From Kiritimatiellia bacterium (GTDB taxonomy: Bacteria > Verrucomicrobiota > Kiritimatiellia > JAAZAB01), in assembly GCA_040767085.1 (NCBI GenBank), contig JAXGPF010000008.1, positions 32,001 to 96,000 of the forward strand: a stretch of DNA of 64,000 nucleotides, in the 5' to 3' direction. Numbering within the stretch: position 1 is the stretch's first letter; the number at the start of each line of letters is the position of its first letter. Below the pieces are notes generated by a model, which was given only the letters and a program-made list of their open reading frames with translations, did no database searches and had not been told where the DNA came from. Shown here in pieces: positions 1-8,456 of the stretch. The translations under genes were made by a program, and so were the position numbers.

Positions 1-3000
1 GATGACGCGACGCGCCATGACGGCATGCTTTATGCCGCGGCGCTGGCGCGCTGGACGGATTGGATGCTGCGCGGCGGACTGGAGCGGCCGGCAACGCTGC
101 GGTTTGACTCGCCCGGCGTGGATGCCAGCCTGCGCGCGGTAGCGCGCGCCTGGCGCGAGACGCGGAACCGGTTTAAATTGCGGCAGCATGAAGTGGATTT
201 GCAGGCCTTGTTCGCAGGCCTGACCGAAGAATTGTCCGCCGCGGCGGCGGAGTTTCGCCGCAAGGGCGGCGATTATGATGCCGGACGCGCCCGCCGGGAA
301 CGGCTGGTGCAGGCGCTGCGGCTGACGCTGACCATCAGCGCCTTGATCGAAGACACCTCGCAATTGGAGACAGTGCTGGCTGTCATGCGCGGCCAGATTT
401 TTGCGCTGCCGGAGTCCGGCGCCGCCCCGGCGCGCGTCCGGACTGAGGATGTGCTGCGGGAAGAAGTGGAACTTTTCCGGATGCTGGATGACGACCTGGC
501 CGGATGCCTGCAGGGCCTGGCGCAGGCGCCCGGCGCCGCGCGCGAGTTGCAGGAACTGCTGCGTGATTTCGCGGTGCGCTACCACCATGAAGTGCAACTC
601 GGCCTGCTGGCGACCGACGGTTTTCTCGCCCGGCTGCATGCCGTGGATGGACAGTTGACACCTTTCCGCCGCCTGCTGCAGGCCGGGCCGGCGGCGCATC
701 CCTGCGCCCTGCCCGGCGCGGCGGCGCGGGAATCCTTTATTCAACTGGCCGCGCTGCTGGACCGCAGCCGTTTTTTAAATGCCGGCGATGGCTTGCCGGC
801 ACTGCTGGAAATTTACCGCGCCCGGTTGCAGTTGTCCTTCTGGCGCAATCCGCTGCTCTGCGGCTTGAATGCGAACGTCGGGTTGCCGGTTTTGTTTCAA
901 ATGCTGCGGGATGAGCCTTTGCCATCGCCGGCGGAGTTGCCGCCCGCGGCGGCGGAGGGCGATTGGCCGGCCCCGCATTTCCTGCCCGTGCTGGATGCGC
1001 TTCGGGCCGGCCTGGCAGCCGGGCCGGAGCGTGTGTTGGTCCGGCGGGTGCAGTATGACGATGCCGGCCGCGCCGTGCGCACGGAACTGCACGATCTCCA
1101 TGAATATATCTGGCGCGCCGACCGGCTGCTGCGCGCCCAGGAACTGCTGTCGTTCCCCGTCGCTCTGGCAGAAGGATCGCCGGGCGGCGCCGCGCCGCCG
1201 GATGACGCGCCGGTGTTTGCCTTGGCCAAGGCCGCGGTTTCGGCCAACCGGGCCGGCGATATACCGGCGCTGGCATTGCCGGGCGGCGCGGCGCCGCGCC
1301 GCCGGCTGGATGGCGCGCGCCGTGCGGAATTATGCCGGGTGGCCCTGCAATATGCCCGGACGCTTGACGACGCCATCGCCGCCGCGGAATGCGCCGTGAT
1401 GCTGCCGAATGCGCCGGAAAACGCGGCGGAACCCGGCCGGTTGGAGGCGTATGACAAACTGCGCCGGGCGGCGTTTGAGCGTTTGAGCGCGGCCATGGAT
1501 GCCGAGGCATATTCCGAGCGTCTGGCGGATGGATTGATCGCCATGCTGCGGCTGGAAGTCAGCCTGCGCGGCCGGGGCCGGGCGCTGGGCGCCCGGCAAG
1601 CCGCGGGGGCATGGTCGGCCCGGCTCGATCCCGCCGGGCGTTGGCGTCTGCTGGTGGAGCAATGGTCCATGCAGAATCATTTTCCAGCTTCCGCCGCCGC
1701 CGTCAAATCCTGCCGGGAACATTCTTTGCCGTCGGTGGAATGCCGGGCTTGCCGGGATGCCGTGGCGGCCGCCCTGGATGCGCGCGGCAACGAGTTGGAG
1801 GATTTGCGGCGGTTCTGCGCCGCGCAGGCTGGCGCCGCGCCAGCCGCGGCGCCGCGCAACCGCTGGGAAGCCATCGCGCAGTTGGCAGTGTTCCTGCGCC
1901 GCCTGGATAACGTGGCCGCGGAAATTGCCGCCATCGGTCCGGATACGGTGAAGTCGGCCTGGTACCTGTCGTCGCAGGCGCGCCGCGCCATGGAACTCGT
2001 GCCGCCGCACTGGACGGCCCGGCCGGCCTGGACCGACTTGATTGATCCGGAGGAGCCGCTGGCGGCCGCCATGGTGCGGGTGGCCCGGTTTTACGCGGTC
2101 ACCTTCAGCGAATTATTGCCCATTCATGGCAACATTGCGCAGGCGGACTTGCTGGGCGATGATGCCGGCCGGCCGGCCAATGGCGACGCTCTGGCGGTTT
2201 TCAGCATGCTGGATGCCGGGATCAAGTCGTTTTTGCTGGATGTTGCGGCCTTGGAGCGGCGTTTGCCGCCAGCCGCCGGCGCCGCCGATACCCTGGCGCC
2301 CGTGGGCACGCTGGCGCCGCGCGAGTTGGTGGCGGTGCATTCGGCCATGCAGCCGCTGCTGGCGCTCGGCGTGTGGTCGCACGGGACGAATGCTGTTCAG
2401 GGCGGCGGCACGCTGATGCAGTTTGTGGTGGAAGGCCGGCAATACGCGGAAACATATTTCGACCTGGATATCGTCCTGGAAACCGGCGGGTCGTTTACCC
2501 TGGCGCCGCGCGGCATGTTCGAAGAATCCCTCCGGTCGTGGGACTTGCTGATGGCGGCGGCGGACCCGGTCAACGGCGATGAATTTATTTATAACGCCTG
2601 GTTCGGCGACCTGCGCCGGACCCTGGCCGGCGCGGGCGGCAGCCTTCCCGATCAATTCAATCTGGATGCCTTTTTGATCGCGGCTTCCGAGATCATGGAG
2701 GACACCCGTTATGAAACTGCCAGGCTGGCCCACCTGCGGGCGATGGCCTCAACCTTTCAGGGGGAGTTGTCCGCCTGGCTGGATGGCGGCGGCGGCGCGG
2801 CCATGGGCCGCGGATTCGCCGCGGCGCGCACCCCGATGGTGCTGGCCGCCATCGCGGAAAGGATGGCGGATCGCCTGGGATTGTATCGTCCGGAAGGCGC
2901 GGACGGATTAGCGGCGCTGGAAGGCCGGCGGCGGGAGGCCTATGCCGGATTCTGCCGGCATTGCCTGTTCGATACTGGCGCCGGGCAGCCGGTTTTCCCG

Positions 3001-3561
3001 GCGATCGTGCGCGAATCGCTCGCCGCCGGCTTTGCCGGCGGTTTGGCTGCGGAACTTGCCGGCGCCACCAACGGCTTGCAACTGGCCCGCGCGCGCTTTG
3101 CCGCTTTATTCGATCCATATGCCCCGCCAGCCGCCGCGCCTGGCAACGCTGACGCCGGCCCGACATCGCCGCGCTCCAGCGGTATAACCGGTTTGTATAG
3201 CCGGGCGTTGGCGGATGCTGCCGGCAATCCCGGTTATTGGTTTGCGGGGGATTTTACCCAGGCCTACATGCATCTGGCATCGGAAATATATTGGCGTGGA
3301 GCGCGGGGGAGAGATGGCGCCGGCGCGGCGCCGACGGTGAGCCATCCCTGGCGGCTGGATGAAAATGGGCGCGCTTACATCAGCGCGGCCGCTCCGGAAG
3401 ATGCCCTGGCGGCGCTGGCGCTCCATGCGGCGGAGGTCCGCGAGCATCTGGTCTGGCGCGCCGCATGCGCCGGGCGTTATGCCGGAGTGCCGTTTATCCG
3501 CCGGTTTTTCGGCGGCCGGCCGCTGCCGCCGGCGCCGGCCGGGGATGCCGCCGGGAAATAA
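1..3561 (+). CDS. Large hypothetical protein (>=1178 aa), probably 5'-truncated by the window edge
   Basis: Frame is open from base 1 through ATG 25 to TAA 3561; Ala/Leu-rich, one CxxC (CRAC); no family recognised. Confidence 0.8.
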   Translation, partial: DDATRHDGMLYAAALARWTDWMLRGGLERPATLRFDSPGVDASLRAVARAWRETRNRFKLRQHEVDLQALFAGLTEELSAAAAEFRRKGGDYDAGRARRERLVQALRLTLTISALIEDTSQLETVLAVMRGQIFALPESGAAPARVRTEDVLREEVELFRMLDDDLAGCLQGLAQAPGAARELQELLRDFAVRYHHEVQLGLLATDGFLARLHAVDGQLTPFRRLLQAGPAAHPCALPGAAARESFIQLAALLDRSRFLNAGDGLPALLEIYRARLQLSFWRNPLLCGLNANVGLPVLFQMLRDEPLPSPAELPPAAAEGDWPAPHFLPVLDALRAGLAAGPERVLVRRVQYDDAGRAVRTELHDLHEYIWRADRLLRAQELLSFPVALAEGSPGGAAPPDDAPVFALAKAAVSANRAGDIPALALPGGAAPRRRLDGARRAELCRVALQYARTLDDAIAAAECAVMLPNAPENAAEPGRLEAYDKLRRAAFERLSAAMDAEAYSERLADGLIAMLRLEVSLRGRGRALGARQAAGAWSARLDPAGRWRLLVEQWSMQNHFPASAAAVKSCREHSLPSVECRACRDAVAAALDARGNELEDLRRFCAAQAGAAPAAAPRNRWEAIAQLAVFLRRLDNVAAEIAAIGPDTVKSAWYLSSQARRAMELVPPHWTARPAWTDLIDPEEPLAAAMVRVARFYAVTFSELLPIHGNIAQADLLGDDAGRPANGDALAVFSMLDAGIKSFLLDVAALERRLPPAAGAADTLAPVGTLAPRELVAVHSAMQPLLALGVWSHGTNAVQGGGTLMQFVVEGRQYAETYFDLDIVLETGGSFTLAPRGMFEESLRSWDLLMAAADPVNGDEFIYNAWFGDLRRTLAGAGGSLPDQFNLDAFLIAASEIMEDTRYETARLAHLRAMASTFQGELSAWLDGGGGAAMGRGFAAARTPMVLAAIAERMADRLGLYRPEGADGLAALEGRRREAYAGFCRHCLFDTGAGQPVFPAIVRESLAAGFAGGLAAELAGATNGLQLARARFAALFDPYAPPAAAPGNADAGPTSPRSSGITGLYSRALADAAGNPGYWFAGDFTQAYMHLASEIYWRGARGRDGAGAAPTVSHPWRLDENGRAYISAAAPEDALAALALHAAEVREHLVWRAACAGRYAGVPFIRRFFGGRPLPPAPAGDAAGK

Positions 3562-3582
3562 AAGCGGGTCCGGAAATCCGAT

Positions 3583-4986
3583 ATGCGTAAAAATGAGATC
3601 ATAAACCTGATGCGAGGCCTGTGCGCCTGGGCGTTGCTGGCGCTGGGCTTGGCCGCCGGCCGGGCGCAGGGGATCGTCGGCCTGCATGGCGCGGAACTGG
3701 GGGGGATGGAACCCTGGGATATTCCACTCCCCGAAACGCCGATGGATGACGGGATGGCGCGCCGCATCGCGGAAGTTGCATATCCGCATCTCCTGCGCCT
3801 GGACGCGCGCGAATCGCTGTTGAGCGGAGCGGCCACCAATGTCTGGCTCGATCCGGCCCGCGCCCTGGACGCGCTGGAGGAAATGCAGCCGGAACTGGCG
3901 CGGGATATTTTGACGGTTGCCGCCTTGCTCGGCAAGCATGCCGCGGAAGTCAGCGGTTGGGAAGCCGGGATCGCTTCCAACCTGGCTCTCGGCGCGCCCT
4001 GGACGGCAGCGGCCTTGAGCCAGGCCTTGAATCTCAAGCCCGACGGGACTGCCGCATCCGATCCTGTCGCCCGCCGGCATTGGCTGGCCGCCGCCTGGGC
4101 ACCGGTGGCGGCGGGATTGAATCTGTCGGAGCCGGCGCGGCAAGTCGTGGCCGCGCTGGGATTGTCGGCCGAAGCGCATGCCGCCGATCCGGCCTGGTCC
4201 TGGCTGGCATTCCTGGCCGCTTTGCGCCGGACCGCGGCGGATGCCGGGGCCCGGACCTATGCTGCGCCGTCCTTACAGGCTTTGCTGGGCGACTTGCGAT
4301 CAACCATGCTCGCGCCGCATGCCCTCGGGGACTTGGCGGAGGCGGCGGATTTCCATGAGCGCATGGAAGCGCTGATCGGCGGGCAGGCGGTCGCCGGGCT
4401 GTTCCGGCCGGAATTGCTGGACCGCTGGGTGCTGGAAGGCGGTGATTTCATCTATGAAGCTTTCTGCGCGCAGGCGGGCGGTGCGGTGCGCGCCGCCCTC
4501 GATGGCGCCGTCTTGTCGGCCGTTTTAAGCGATGGTTTTGTCTGGCAGGAAAACGCGGCGGAGGTTGTGGCGGCGGGCTATGAAGTCCGGGCCGCCCGTT
4601 ACGCGGTGCTGGCGGGAGAGTTGGGCGCGCGGCTGGCCGCGGGGAACGCGGGCGGGCCGGACGCAGGACGGCTGTATGGTTATTATCTCATGCTTTTGGC
4701 GCGTTTCCCGCCTTGCCTGTCGCCTTTCCGCGTCGAACTGGTGAATCCGAACTGGCTGAGGTTTGTCGAGGAAAATCCCGCCTTCGGCGCGGAAATGGCG
4801 TCTGCCCGCCCCGCAACGCCGGCGGCAGCCGATGCCGCGGCGCCGCCGCCCATGCCCATGCTATGCCTGCTGCAGTCCGATGCCTGGCAGGATGAAACCG
4901 GCCTGTGGCAATGGCGGCCGCGCGTCGCCGGCCGGCGGCATCGCCTGGATCAATACCTGCGGCGCCCAGCGGAAAACAGGGAGTGA
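3583..4986 (+). CDS. Hypothetical exported protein
   Basis: 467-aa ORF 21 nt after the upstream gene; N-terminal basic + hydrophobic + A-x-A-like signal peptide. Confidence 0.75.
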   Translation: MRKNEIINLMRGLCAWALLALGLAAGRAQGIVGLHGAELGGMEPWDIPLPETPMDDGMARRIAEVAYPHLLRLDARESLLSGAATNVWLDPARALDALEEMQPELARDILTVAALLGKHAAEVSGWEAGIASNLALGAPWTAAALSQALNLKPDGTAASDPVARRHWLAAAWAPVAAGLNLSEPARQVVAALGLSAEAHAADPAWSWLAFLAALRRTAADAGARTYAAPSLQALLGDLRSTMLAPHALGDLAEAADFHERMEALIGGQAVAGLFRPELLDRWVLEGGDFIYEAFCAQAGGAVRAALDGAVLSAVLSDGFVWQENAAEVVAAGYEVRAARYAVLAGELGARLAAGNAGGPDAGRLYGYYLMLLARFPPCLSPFRVELVNPNWLRFVEENPAFGAEMASARPATPAAADAAAPPPMPMLCLLQSDAWQDETGLWQWRPRVAGRRHRLDQYLRRPAENRE

Positions 4987-5005
4987 TATTGCAGTTCCGT
5001 TTCGA

Positions 5006-5040
5006 CTTGATACATTTTTGCGTAGCAAAAATGTATCAAG
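5006..5040. terminator. Perfect 16-bp-arm inverted repeat (terminator-like or binding site)
   Basis: CTTGATACATTTTTGC-gta-GCAAAAATGTATCAAG, 19 nt after a stop codon; degenerate homologue at 11151-11185. Confidence 0.5.
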
Positions 5041-5200
5041 CCGCAATGGAGTTTGGATAGAATTCATCGTGGTGCTTAATGGCCATGCTGATAAAAGCAT
5101 GCCCATCGTTGGAGAGGCGCCAACGTCTGGAGTGTGCGGATTTTGAAATCAAAAAAGCAAGACATGGGAGATGGAAGATTGACAAGGTGGTGGCGAGAAA

Positions 5201-5430
5201 AAGGCGGGTTGACGCAGGCGTCAGCCACTTGTCATGCGTAGCGCCGCGCGAAGCATGATGCCACCGTGGTTTGAATTCGGGCGCCCGTAGTCCGCGGAGG
5301 GATTCGAAAAGGCAAGGCAAGCTTGCCCCAGATGCGGGTAAGATCGCCGCCACCCTTTTCGAACCGAATTCAAAACACAACGATGGAGAGGAAGCAAAAC
5401 AAAATTGGGTTGCGGGCATACGCCCGCCTT
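5201..5430 (+). repeat. Structured intergenic repeat family A, copy 1
   Basis: Colinear with 11258-11564; core also at 20709-20842; nested stems GTGGTTTGAATTCGG/CCGAATTCAAAACAC and TTCGAAAAGG/CCTTTTCGAA. Confidence 0.9.
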
Positions 5431-5434
5431 GTAT

Positions 5435-7909
5435 ATGCGCATTTTTTTACAGATTATCTTCGCGGCCGCTTGCGCGGCATTGCTGGCGGCGGGATTCCAG
5501 CGCGGCTGGTGGCAGGCGCTGGCTGATATGCCGCCCGCCGGACGCCAGGTCTGGCAGCAGGGATTGTGGCCGGTACAGGACCAGGTGGCGGCGGAAATCG
5601 GCACGCGCGCCAAGGCTGCCGGCGCCACCCGCGAACAGCCGCTGCGGGTAGCCCTGCGCATGGATGGGTCCGCTATCCCGGGTTTGCGTTTCGCGCCGTT
5701 GCGTTCGGCGGACTGGGAGCGGATGCTGGAACGCGCGGAGGCGGCCGGCGGCGCTGTTGTCATGGTCGCACCGGATGCCGGGCCACCGCCCGATTTGTCA
5801 GTGGCGTTGATCTGGCAATCATATGCCCGGGGCGGAACTACCGACGAATTGACGGGCATGATCCGCTATCAATCCGCGGCGGACCGGGACGCGCCGGAAG
5901 CGTCCGGCGGGGCGGCTTTCCGGGCGGTATGTCCGGCGCATGGCCGGAATTGGTTTGTGCGGCCGGCACGGCAGTTGCCATGGTGGTGCATGCTGGCTGC
6001 GTTGGCAGCCATGGCCGCCGCCGGCGGCCTGGGGGTCTGGGCGGCCTGGCAGACGTTTACCGGCCAGTTTGACCGGTCATTCTGCATGAATGTCTGCGCG
6101 GGATTGACTTTGATCCTGTTTCTTATGTTGATGTTGACGGATATAGCGCCGGCTGGCTACGGCCAGTTCGGCATTCCACGCTGGAGCGTGCGGATTGCCG
6201 TAGACACCAGCGATGCGGTGCGTTTCCCGCTGCCTGATCAGGCGCTACGGCCGGATGCGCCCGGCACGGCGGCCGAGTCCGGCCCGGCGGCCGAGTCCGG
6301 CCCGGCGGCCGCGCCGGTGATGAACGATGTTGGCCGGTTTATGGAACAGAGCATCCGGCGCATTGCCCAGGCGGTGCATTCTGACAGCGCCCCGGCGGGC
6401 GCGGGATTCAAGGCCTGGCTGCGTTATACCTGGCAAAATCTGGGCCGGTCGCGCCTGCGTTCCGGGTTGTTGCATGCCTCGGAAACCGTGCGGATTTTTC
6501 ACGGATTGCCCTTGGCCGGCCTGGCGCAGGATGCGGCCGGACAAGCCCCCGGCACCGCATCGCTGGAGGGATTGCCGGACTTGCTGCGGGCCGGCCAGCG
6601 CGGCCAGGCGCCAGGCTTCTTCCTGCCCTGGGCGGCCATACCGCCCGGCGCGGACAACGAATTGATCGTGGCGTTTTGCACTGGCGAGCCTGCCTCGCCG
6701 CGCCAGGCGGAATGGTTGGCCGCGGAGCGCGCGCGGCTGCGCGCGGCGAAACCCGCGGGCTTGCGCGTGTTGACGGTGTTGCTGCCGGCCTGGCCGCGCA
6801 GCGACCATCATGGCTGGACCACGGCCGAGCGGCTGCGCAACGCGGCGGCGGTGAGCGATGCGGTTTTGGCAACATATCCGCTGGACGGGCAGGAAGCCGC
6901 GCCCGCCGGTTTGCCGGCGCCGGTCGCATGGCTGCGGGTGTTCTCTGCCGTGGGAACCAATCCGCCGGCGCCCAAAGCGGATTTGGATGCGGCGCGCTCC
7001 AGCCAGTTCCGCGCGGATGCCGGCCGGATACGCGCGGCGGCGGCGCGGATTGCCGAAAAGGTGCAGGGGTTGAGCGATGTGCGCAGCAGCGCGACTTTTC
7101 AAACGGCGCCGGCGGCGCTGATCCTGGGAGTATGCGCTGCGGCCGGACTGCTGCTTTTTTTGCGGCTGCAGCGTGAAATCCGGCTGCTGGATCGGCGCCG
7201 GCCGGCGGGCAACCTGGAATGGCTGGGCGCCTTGTGCGGCGGGGGCATGGGCATAGGCGCGGCCTTGCTGATCGCCTACATGGCGTCCGAACCGCTGCGT
7301 TGGCGCACGCTGACCAGCCCGGGTTTGGCGTTATGGGCCGTGGTGTGCCTGTGGTATGCGGCGGTCTGGCTGCCGATGCTGCTGGGACGCGGACTGGGAT
7401 TTTTGCCGGCGCCGGAAAAAATGCTGCGCGTGCGCCACCTGGCCGGATGGTTTGTGGCGTTGGCGGCGGCGGCTGGTTTGGCGGCCGGCGCCGGCGTCTG
7501 CTGGGCGCTGCTGACGGGCGGAGAACCGCCGGCCTGGGTGGCGTTAACCGGCATGGGCCTGACAGCGGCCGCCAGCCTGGCATTGGCCCTGCGCTACCAG
7601 TGGGTCAGTTTCTGGCGGCGGTCGCGCCGGCGCACCTGGGGCCTGGGCGCGGCCGGGCTGGCCCTGCTGATCGGGTTGCCGGTCTGGAGTATAGCGGGAG
7701 GCGAGGCCGGGACGTTGACGCCCTGGTGCTGGGCCGGAACTATCATGGCCGCATGCGCCCTGCCCGCCGCGGGCGCGTTGTCTGCCCGCTGGCGGTGGGG
7801 CCACCGCGGCCTCCGCCCGCAGCCCGGCCTGGGGTGGTCGGGGCTGGTTTACGGGTTGATAATCGGAGTGTTGGTCCCCCTGGCGCTGCTCTGCCCCTGG
7901 CCAAATTAG
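5435..7909 (+). CDS. Multi-pass membrane protein with a probable degenerate vWA domain
   Basis: Many TM segments; vWA-like strands RIAVDTSD...IVAFCTGEP...GLRVLTV; ATG 5435 preferred to TTG 5405, which lies inside repeat A. Confidence 0.7.
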   Translation: MRIFLQIIFAAACAALLAAGFQRGWWQALADMPPAGRQVWQQGLWPVQDQVAAEIGTRAKAAGATREQPLRVALRMDGSAIPGLRFAPLRSADWERMLERAEAAGGAVVMVAPDAGPPPDLSVALIWQSYARGGTTDELTGMIRYQSAADRDAPEASGGAAFRAVCPAHGRNWFVRPARQLPWWCMLAALAAMAAAGGLGVWAAWQTFTGQFDRSFCMNVCAGLTLILFLMLMLTDIAPAGYGQFGIPRWSVRIAVDTSDAVRFPLPDQALRPDAPGTAAESGPAAESGPAAAPVMNDVGRFMEQSIRRIAQAVHSDSAPAGAGFKAWLRYTWQNLGRSRLRSGLLHASETVRIFHGLPLAGLAQDAAGQAPGTASLEGLPDLLRAGQRGQAPGFFLPWAAIPPGADNELIVAFCTGEPASPRQAEWLAAERARLRAAKPAGLRVLTVLLPAWPRSDHHGWTTAERLRNAAAVSDAVLATYPLDGQEAAPAGLPAPVAWLRVFSAVGTNPPAPKADLDAARSSQFRADAGRIRAAAARIAEKVQGLSDVRSSATFQTAPAALILGVCAAAGLLLFLRLQREIRLLDRRRPAGNLEWLGALCGGGMGIGAALLIAYMASEPLRWRTLTSPGLALWAVVCLWYAAVWLPMLLGRGLGFLPAPEKMLRVRHLAGWFVALAAAAGLAAGAGVCWALLTGGEPPAWVALTGMGLTAAASLALALRYQWVSFWRRSRRRTWGLGAAGLALLIGLPVWSIAGGEAGTLTPWCWAGTIMAACALPAAGALSARWRWGHRGLRPQPGLGWSGLVYGLIIGVLVPLALLCPWPN

Positions 7910-7941
7910 CAGCAATAGATTACCGCGCGCCATTCCAGCAG

Positions 7942-8158
7942 CAGGACTGCGTCATTCTCGGAAAAGACGGCTCGGTACGGCTTGCCCTACATAGCTTCAG
8001 CGAAGTCCGTCAAAGCCGGACGCAGCCCGCAGGGAGACCTCGCCCTACCATTGCATAAACATTTGCCATGGGTAGGGCGAGACCTCGCTCAAAGCGGGGT
8101 AAACCTCCGGCTTGTCCCGCCTGGAGCGGGAGCGAGCCGCTGAACATGACGCAGCCCG
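7942..8158. mobile_element. MITE family B, degenerate copy with a 54-bp insertion
   Basis: Inverted homologue of 62112-62275; ends CAGGACTGCGTCATTCTC / ATGACGCAGCCCG; flanks TTCCAGCAG / TTCCAGGAG. Confidence 0.85.
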
Positions 8159-8309
8159 TTCCAGGAGAGGGCAAATAAATTCCTCCGTGACAGTGCCGCC
8201 CGTTCGTGGTAATAATATCAAGCGCGTTAACGCCAGCGCTGACGCCCGCCGGCAGAGCATCGCGCGGGCCGCTTCCGGCATAATTTAATGTATGGGAATT
8301 TCAATCTTA

Positions 8310-8388
8310 GGTAGGGCGCGCAGTGCCGCCAGCGCGGCCCGCGCCTTGCGCGCCGTCCGGAAGCGGCCAAGGGACTGGCCGCCCTACC
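8310..8388. repeat. GTAG-type REP doublet (REPIN-like)
   Basis: GGTAGGGCG...CGCCCTACC; first 45 nt match 35658-35702 inverted (40/45). Confidence 0.75.
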
Positions 8389-8456
8389 AAAAACAGTTTG
8401 GAAAAAAAGTCGTTCGGCGGCGGCCGCCGACCTAACTTGAACGAAAGAAATTTTCA

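Noticed and set aside
5036-5651. Similar short ORFs at 5.0-5.6, 11.2-11.6 and 20.6-20.9 kb
   Set aside because: Their similarity comes from non-coding repeat A; frames and lengths are not conserved
6267-6311. 18-bp tandem duplication (AAESGP x2)
   Set aside because: In-frame linker slippage; no evidence of a separate function
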